From the NCBI GenBank assembly GCA_963639865.1, contig CAVHWO010000043.1, positions 2,113 to 66,112 of the forward strand: a DNA stretch of 64,000 nt. Direction: 5' to 3'. The position numbers and the translations under genes are program-made. The DNA comes from a bacterium (GTDB lineage: Bacteria > Bacteroidota > Bacteroidia > Bacteroidales > UBA932). Below are positions 57,501 through 64,000 of the stretch, in pieces. How positions within the stretch are numbered: position 1 is the stretch's first letter; each line of letters opens with the position of its first letter. A model generated the notes under the pieces. It was not told the DNA's origin and ran no database searches. It worked only from the letters and a program-made list of their open reading frames with translations.

Positions 57501-60120
57501 AGTCATTGTCAGTCTCCAGGTACGGACTGTTTCCGGTCTTTGGAATCCTGACACCGACGTAGGATGAGTACGGTGAATATGTCATCGTCCTTGCGCTGAA
57601 GCTGACATCTCCGCCCTGTTCCTCGACGGAAGAGACTATGTCGGCCCTCAGCAGACCCGGAGCGTCCGCGGCGGCCGGCATCGCGACATTTACCCTGGCC
57701 TGTCCGTCCCCGTCGAGTTTAGTGTCCATCAAGCTGTGTTCGCTGGATGTGAAGTCGGACAGCGGACTTGAGAACGAATAGTCCTTGAAGCCCTTGAATG
57801 TCGAAGGTCCTTTCCTGAGGGTCATGCTGACCTTTGCGGTCAGTCCCGCCGCCGGCGGCCCTGTGAGCCAGCTTGACGAGATGGAGACAGGAACCGTCTT
57901 GCCTCCCTCCAGCACGTCCGTGCCGAAGTCTGTGCTGATCTTCAGTCTATTAGGCTTTATACTCTCGATCTTCAAGGCCTTGTGGAATGTGGCCCCTCCG
58001 ATTTTGAGAAAGGCGTTCCAAGTCCCGGTCGGATCAGTCTCATTTGTAGGAATCGTGAACGCATAGAACCCGTTTTTTCCGTTGCTGTTGATCTGTTTCG
58101 TGTAGAACTGGCCTTCAGGAGTGTAGAGTTCCATCACGGTCGGATGGCTGTCCGGAATCCTGTTTTCCTTGTCCTCCAGAATCATTGTGACATGAAGTGT
58201 GTCACCAGGTCTCCAGACTCCTCTTTCCCCATAAATGAAAGCTTTCAGACCATTCTCCAGCGACTTGCCTCCGACATCGAACCGGCTCAGGGAATTCTGA
58301 TCCCCTTCCGTTATCCTCAGGTAGCTTGTCGATCCGCCCCTCTTGGCCACAACAACGAAAGGCTTCCCGCTGAGCGCTATCTCTGCCATTCCGTCAGTTC
58401 CGGTCTTGGCATAGCCGATTTCCTTGAGCTGGTAACTATAGACGTAGAGTTCGGCGTTGAAAACCGGATCGCTTGAGATGATGTCGCTTACACTCACCCA
58501 GACACGGTCCCCTCCGGCGTATTTGGCGATGACACCCAGATTGGAAGTGAGCAGGTTGATGGCCGGGAACCTGTCGATTTCCATGTAGTATGTAGGCTTG
58601 AGCGGGTTGTCCCTGTCCTCCCAGATGTACTCATCCCAGTTGTAAAAGCCCTCGTAATAGTAAGGTATCGGATTGTCCCAGCTGTCGTTGTCCTCATCAG
58701 TGATGTCCTCGGCGGAGAGGTTCACCATCTTGTCGGACGGAGCGCCGCTCTTGAACGAATCGTTTCTGCCATAGACTGAATATTCCTGCTTGAAGGAGAT
58801 CCGTATGCGGTAGATCGCTCCGGGTTCCTGTCTGAACAGGCCGGAAAGATCCACCGAGTAGTCCTGCCACTTGTGCAGGTTCTTGGACGGATCCGAGTCC
58901 AGGCGGAGGCATCTCTTGTAAACCAACCGGCCGCAGCGGCGTAGTGAGTTGTCTCCGGAAAGGGTGTTATCTTGAAGAAAGGTCAGGACATTGGCCTCGT
59001 AGATCTGGATTACCTTGATGTCCACAGCATTGAGATTGACAGCCTTGAACGGGAGGACAAGTTCCTTTGAATCGGGCAGGACAGTCCCGGAGACGGGAAT
59101 CTCGACGGCCGGCTTGAGTTCTGTGGCGGAGAATTTCTTTGAATATTCCTGCCCCAGCCTTGCCCCGTCATGGCTCTTGACGGTTTCGGAGATCCTTAAA
59201 GTGACAGGACCGCCGGACGGATTGTCATAGAACACCTTCACATGGGCGTTCTCCATCTGGATGTAGTGGCGTCCCGCGCCTTCCATCGTGAAGAGGCCGG
59301 AATTGTCATCCACGTCGGCGAGCGCTTCGGTGAAGCAAACATCGATGTAAGGGTCGTCGGCTTCGACCATCTCCGCATCGAGTACCCTGAAGTTACCGGT
59401 CGCAGGGATCGTTATCTCAAGTCTGGAGTCCGTCACAAATCCGGTGCCGGCCGGTTTCAGGCTGATTTTCAGTTTTCTGTCCTTCGTATCTCTAGGCAGG
59501 TCGATGATCTCGAAATGAAAGTTCCTCGGATCGGTGCCGGCTGTCATGCTGACCTCCGCGCCGAGTTCAGGGTAGTCATATTCAAGCATTCCCCGGACTT
59601 TCTCAAGAGGCAGCTCCTCCGTCATGGAGATTGTGCCTTTGATGCTCGCCTTGTCGGGTGACGCTCCCGTTATGATGATCTCGTCCAATGAAAGCACGGC
59701 CTCCTTGATCGCCACTAAAAACTTGAAAGAGAACCTTTTAAGCTGCCTGCTTCCTACTCTCTGGATCTTGTCCAGCCTCAGTTTGCCTGTGTAGGCCTGT
59801 CCGGATTTCAGCGCCCCGGTTTCCGGGATGAACTCTATCGTGTTGGCGGACAGCCATCTGGCCGTACCTTTCACCGATGGGGTGAAGGAAAGTATTCCGT
59901 CTTTCAAATCTGCGCCCGGAGTGGCTTCCGCGATGTCCGAGGCCAGTTCCACGCGTATCGTGGACTTGTCCGAGATTATCCCTCCTGTGTATGCCTTGAT
60001 GAAGGTCGCGAATTCGGTGCTCTGCCCCTTGCTCCTGCCGAAACGGCTGCATGAGGAATATGTTACGGTCAGCAGGATCACTGACAGGATGGCCATGCAG
60101 GTTTTTGCGGTCTTTCTCAT
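54586..60120 (-). CDS. Bacterial alpha-2-macroglobulin (YfhM-like) lipoprotein
   Basis: Lipobox SS-C, ERGVWRPGD, VDEGLL, thioester motif CTEQ, DIRDDR, EAMYD. Confidence 0.95.
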   Translation of the reverse strand: MRKTAKTCMAILSVILLTVTYSSCSRFGRSKGQSTEFATFIKAYTGGIISDKSTIRVELASDIAEATPGADLKDGILSFTPSVKGTARWLSANTIEFIPETGALKSGQAYTGKLRLDKIQRVGSRQLKRFSFKFLVAIKEAVLSLDEIIITGASPDKASIKGTISMTEELPLEKVRGMLEYDYPELGAEVSMTAGTDPRNFHFEIIDLPRDTKDRKLKISLKPAGTGFVTDSRLEITIPATGNFRVLDAEMVEADDPYIDVCFTEALADVDDNSGLFTMEGAGRHYIQMENAHVKVFYDNPSGGPVTLRISETVKSHDGARLGQEYSKKFSATELKPAVEIPVSGTVLPDSKELVLPFKAVNLNAVDIKVIQIYEANVLTFLQDNTLSGDNSLRRCGRLVYKRCLRLDSDPSKNLHKWQDYSVDLSGLFRQEPGAIYRIRISFKQEYSVYGRNDSFKSGAPSDKMVNLSAEDITDEDNDSWDNPIPYYYEGFYNWDEYIWEDRDNPLKPTYYMEIDRFPAINLLTSNLGVIAKYAGGDRVWVSVSDIISSDPVFNAELYVYSYQLKEIGYAKTGTDGMAEIALSGKPFVVVAKRGGSTSYLRITEGDQNSLSRFDVGGKSLENGLKAFIYGERGVWRPGDTLHVTMILEDKENRIPDSHPTVMELYTPEGQFYTKQINSNGKNGFYAFTIPTNETDPTGTWNAFLKIGGATFHKALKIESIKPNRLKISTDFGTDVLEGGKTVPVSISSSWLTGPPAAGLTAKVSMTLRKGPSTFKGFKDYSFSSPLSDFTSSEHSLMDTKLDGDGQARVNVAMPAAADAPGLLRADIVSSVEEQGGDVSFSARTMTYSPYSSYVGVRIPKTGNSPYLETDNDYSIGVTVIDRDGSRVAGHNLEYSIYKMKWSWWWESRDESLDSYVNSPSADIIASGTLKSGNSDISIPFRVDYPDWGRYLVLVTDTESGHASGGIVYVDWPAYRGRSSKADPDALTMLSFSTDKDSYNVGETATVYIPAASKGHALVSLENSRKVISRAWVKTSGEGDATYSFKVTPDMAPDFYIHVTLVQPHEESGNDLPIRLYGVRPILVDNKDSHLEPVISMPDVLRPEEEFTIKIKEKNGKPMTYTVAVVDEGLLDLTAFKTPDPWNSMYAREALGVSTWDLYDDVIGAYSGRFSPMFSIGGDENLIVSAKKDNRFNPVVRFLGPFTLQSGSASHKVKLPMYVGSVRVMLVAAKDGAYGNAEKAVPVRSPLMVLPSLPRVLGTGEKVTMPVNVFALEDGVKEAEVSVRVDGPLRLTGGSKAGVKFAKPGDKIVNFRLEATGNGTGTIYVSAIGDGHKAEDKITIQVRPSGAPVISVSRAVIGKGASKHIGFTPFTTDEGQWATLELTGFPSVDCGGIFTFLKNYSYNCTEQISSKGIALLAIRNMLPQDKQKEIDLMIPDLLRQLYQRQLGNGGFVYWPGAAEANGWVSSLAGQFMITAARNGFTVSKGVMASWSRFQKRNVQDYRNSDNAGQGDLNQAYRLYTLALNDEVESGAMNRLKESESLSSQAGWMLASTYALSGKKAVAEEIISKLKTGFHDHREKDESFGSPARDKAMALEALVLTDAIPEAMDLAQEVAESMSGGWYMTQEVAFAATAMRRLALKTGTGSLSAEVVQGGNTAKVKTTKAVSSVPVNTQDGDIKVTNTTDGTIYATLITSVRPEFGDRVEARSNGLNLKVSYSAESGRTLNPHDIPQGTDFTAAITVGNTSGSKDYTNLALTGMIPSGWEIVNDRLSGGEASTAAYSYRDIRDDRVSWFFDLAKGSSKTFRIKLHASYQGEFILPAIKCEAMYDPHTSANTASGKAKVSE

Positions 60121-60208
60121 TTCTATACCTTATATAATAAAAAGCATTCTTGTAACCCTCAAATTTAGGAATTCTTTTCGTATAATCAATCATGAATATG
60201 CCCGCGCG

Positions 60209-60248
60209 TGACAAAATGTCAGCCAGGAACGGATGGCACATCCTTTGA
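60209..60248 (+). promoter_or_regulatory. TGACA-N3-TGTCA palindrome plus sigma54-like -24/-12 element upstream of groES
   Basis: TGACAAAATGTCA at 60209-60221; TGGCAC-N5-TTGA at 60234-60248. Confidence 0.55.
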
Positions 60249-60312
60249 TTTTATTCCGGAGTCTCCGGAGTGAGCCGGAGCGAAGATTTAAAAACATTAA
60301 AAAATTTATATT

Positions 60313-60579
60313 ATGATCAGACCATTGGCAGATAGAGTCTTGGTTGAGCCTAAGGAGGCTGAGACAAAGACAGCTTCAGGTATTTATATTCCTGACACAG
60401 CGAAAGAGAAACCTCAGGAAGGCAAGGTGATCGCCGCAGGTCCCGGTAAAAAGGACGAACCTATGGAGGTCAAGGTAGGTGACAAGGTCATCTATGGCAA
60501 GTACGCCGGCACGGAGGTTACCGTGGAGGGTAAGAAGTATCTTATCGTTAAGCAGTCAGACATTCTGGCTATTCTTTAA
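60313..60579 (+). CDS. groES: Co-chaperonin GroES
   Basis: [35 protein letters not shown]. Confidence 0.99.
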   Translation: MIRPLADRVLVEPKEAETKTASGIYIPDTAKEKPQEGKVIAAGPGKKDEPMEVKVGDKVIYGKYAGTEVTVEGKKYLIVKQSDILAIL

Positions 60580-60591
60580 TTAAAATATTAG

Positions 60592-62226
<1,635 letters not shown>

Positions 62227-62265
62227 ATGATGTAATAACTTTACATTCTGAGATTTCATAACTGG

Positions 62266-62303
62266 AAACGGGAGCCATCATTGTATGGTTCCCGTTTTTT
62301 GTT
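62266..62303 (+). terminator. Intrinsic terminator of groESL
   Basis: AAACGGGAGCCAT-CATTGT-ATGGTTCCCGTTTTTT. Confidence 0.8.
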
Positions 62304-62345
62304 TATCTTTGACTCGTGATAAAATTTTGCACTAACGTTTTAGCA
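62304..62345 (+). promoter_or_regulatory. -7 promoter and LacI-type operator-like site
   Basis: TATCTTTG at 62304-62311; TGCACTAAC|GTTTTAGCA at 62328-62345. Confidence 0.5.
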
Positions 62346-62394
62346 CTGGATTTATAGCCATTGAATGAATATTCAATCTTAAAATAGCACTATT

Positions 62395-63420
62395 ATGTTT
62401 ATCGTAAACAGTTATGGTCTGGCAGTGTTTTTCTGCTTCATCATCATGCTTTGCTGGGGTTCTTGGGGAAACACCCAGAAACTTGCCGCCAAAAGTTGGA
62501 GGTATGAGCTCTTCTATTGGGACTACGTGATCGGAATGGTCGTGTTCTCCCTTCTCCTTGCCCTTACTCTCGGATCATTCGGCCCGGAAGGACGCCCGTT
62601 CTTGCAGGACATCGCGCAGGCTGACTCCGCCGCCATTCTCAGCATCATCATAGGTGGTGTGATATTCAATCTTTCGAACATCTGCCTCAGCGCGTCCACG
62701 TCCATTGCAGGGATGTCCGTCGCATTCCCTGTAGGCTGCGGTCTCGCCCTTGTCCTTGGTGTCATCAACAATCTCAGGGTCGAGGTGGCTCAAGGGGCGC
62801 TCAAGAGCAATCTGACACTTCTCGGAATAGGTGTGGCATTGGTTGTCATCGCGGTCATTCTCAACGGAATCGCATCCGGCAAGAAAGCTGGCAACGCCGA
62901 AATCAGCAAGGCTGACCAGCGCAAGGGAATCATCCTTGCCGTCATTGCAGGTGTCGTTATGTCATTTTTCTCCTCATTTGTGATGAAGGCGATGGATCTC
63001 AAGGATTTTGCGAATATGGAGCCTGGCAAGGTCGGCCCTTACACGGCTATAGTCCTGTTCAGCCTTTCTGTCCTTGTGAGCCATTTTGTTTTCGGACCTA
63101 TATTCATGAAATGGCCTTTCCAGGGATCCTCTGTCAAGATGGGTGAGTATTTCAAGGGAAATGCCAAAACTCACCTTGTCGGAATGCTCGGAGGCTGCAT
63201 CTGGTGCCTTGGTACAGCGCTCAGTTACATCGCAGCCGGCAAAGCAGGTGCTTCCGTGTCCTATGCGCTTGGCCAGGGAGCTCCTATGGTGGCTGCCATC
63301 TGGGGTGTTTTTGTCTGGAAGGAATTCAAGGGATCCGGCAAGACGGTTTACGGCTTTCTGGGGGCGATGTTCTGCTTCTTCCTCGTTGGCCTTGGAATGA
63401 TCGTGGCGGCCGGTATGTAG
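62395..63420 (+). CDS. DMT-superfamily (GRP/ureide permease-like) sugar transporter, possibly ribose
   Basis: CWGSWGNTQKL, RYELFYWDY, SYALGQGA, WGVFVWKEF; about 10 TM helices. Confidence 0.8.
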   Translation: MFIVNSYGLAVFFCFIIMLCWGSWGNTQKLAAKSWRYELFYWDYVIGMVVFSLLLALTLGSFGPEGRPFLQDIAQADSAAILSIIIGGVIFNLSNICLSASTSIAGMSVAFPVGCGLALVLGVINNLRVEVAQGALKSNLTLLGIGVALVVIAVILNGIASGKKAGNAEISKADQRKGIILAVIAGVVMSFFSSFVMKAMDLKDFANMEPGKVGPYTAIVLFSLSVLVSHFVFGPIFMKWPFQGSSVKMGEYFKGNAKTHLVGMLGGCIWCLGTALSYIAAGKAGASVSYALGQGAPMVAAIWGVFVWKEFKGSGKTVYGFLGAMFCFFLVGLGMIVAAGM

Positions 63421-63441
63421 GCTGTTTTGATCATAATTCTG

Positions 63442-63483
63442 AAAAAATCGGTTTCGGGCTTATTTCCGGAACCGATTTTTTTT
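63442..63483 (+). terminator. Intrinsic terminator
   Basis: AAAAAATCGGTTTCGG...CCGGAACCGATTTTTTTT. Confidence 0.8.
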
Positions 63484-63582
63484 GATTTCTGTAAGCACAC
63501 GAAACTCGGGTGTTTACAGAAATCAAGGGCAGTCTTAACATCTGATTGTTGAAAACTATTATCAAAAAAAATATTCAAAAAG

Positions 63583-63613
63583 TTTGGAGGAAAAGAAAAA
63601 AGTGCTACCTTTG
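63583..63613 (+). promoter_or_regulatory. rRNA operon promoter (-33/-7)
   Basis: TTTG at 63583-63586 and TACCTTTG at 63606-63613, AT-rich upstream; boxA-like GATCATTGAAA at 63666-63676. Confidence 0.75.
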
Positions 63614-63780
63614 CACCCGCTTTCAAGGACAGGATGCAAGTCCGACTTGAAGACAATCAAACGAAGATCATTGAAAAGGCTGAAGGAAGTACAACAAGTA
63701 CCGAGAACGAAAGAAGAGCGTTGATTTCTATAATTGTAAGGAATGAAGCTGTCGGGGTCGAGCTGAGAAGAATGTGATAT

Positions 63781-64000
63781 ACAAAGAAGAGTTTGATCCT
63801 GGCTCAGGATGAACGCTAGCGGCAGGCTTAACACATGCAAGTCGAGGGGCAGCGCGGGGCAGCAATGTTCTGGCGGCGACCGGCGGAAGGGTGCGTAACG
63901 CGTGAGCGACATGCCCGTGGCCCGGGGACAACCGGCGGAAACGCCGACTAATCCCCGATGGGACGGGCGGCCACATGGCCGCCCGTTGAAAGTTACGGCG
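63781..64000 (+). rRNA. rrs: 16S rRNA, 5' portion (runs off the window; start approximate)
   Basis: AGAGTTTGATCCTGGCTCAGGATGAACGCTAGCGGCAGGCTTAACACATGCAAGTCG from 63788. Confidence 0.99.

Noticed and set aside
63562..63976. Minus-strand ORFs over the rRNA leader and 16S
   Set aside because: Spurious translations of rRNA sequence

Overview
Core-chromosome segment of a GC-rich, anaerobic Bacteroidales bacterium. The evidence is TAnnTTTG promoters, Bacteroidota-typical gene families, and a 16S 5' end that resembles the Rikenellaceae RC9 gut group / Cryptobacteroides (taxon is an inference). About 50 tightly packed CDSs, mostly housekeeping: an ECF sigma/anti-sigma operon, lepA, fucI-fucP, comEC, ackA-ptb, nrnA with two FKBP lipoproteins, rsmD with GH2 and GH29 glycosidases, rpsO-pnp, purB, tmk, folP, rimP-nusA-infB, lpxD-lpxC-lpxA, proS, tilS, sppA, alpha-2-macroglobulin with pbpC, and groESL. 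RNA genes are an initiator tRNA-Met and the start of an rRNA operon. I see no transposase, integrase, prophage or CRISPR array. The leads I rate highest, all hypotheses: (i) a Trp/Tyr-repeat, Ser/Arg-tailed lipoprotein co-transcribed with a FadL-family barrel; (ii) an LpxC lacking the FabZ fusion usual in Bacteroidota; (iii) a pilin-like membrane protein paired with actin-fold DUF3822; (iv) a sigma54-like promoter plus TGACA-N3-TGTCA palindrome at groESL; (v) a candidate start-codon-targeting sRNA; (vi) helically phased back-to-back promoters. Several starts were moved downstream of the ORF-track starts. Family calls come from motif recognition, not database searches.
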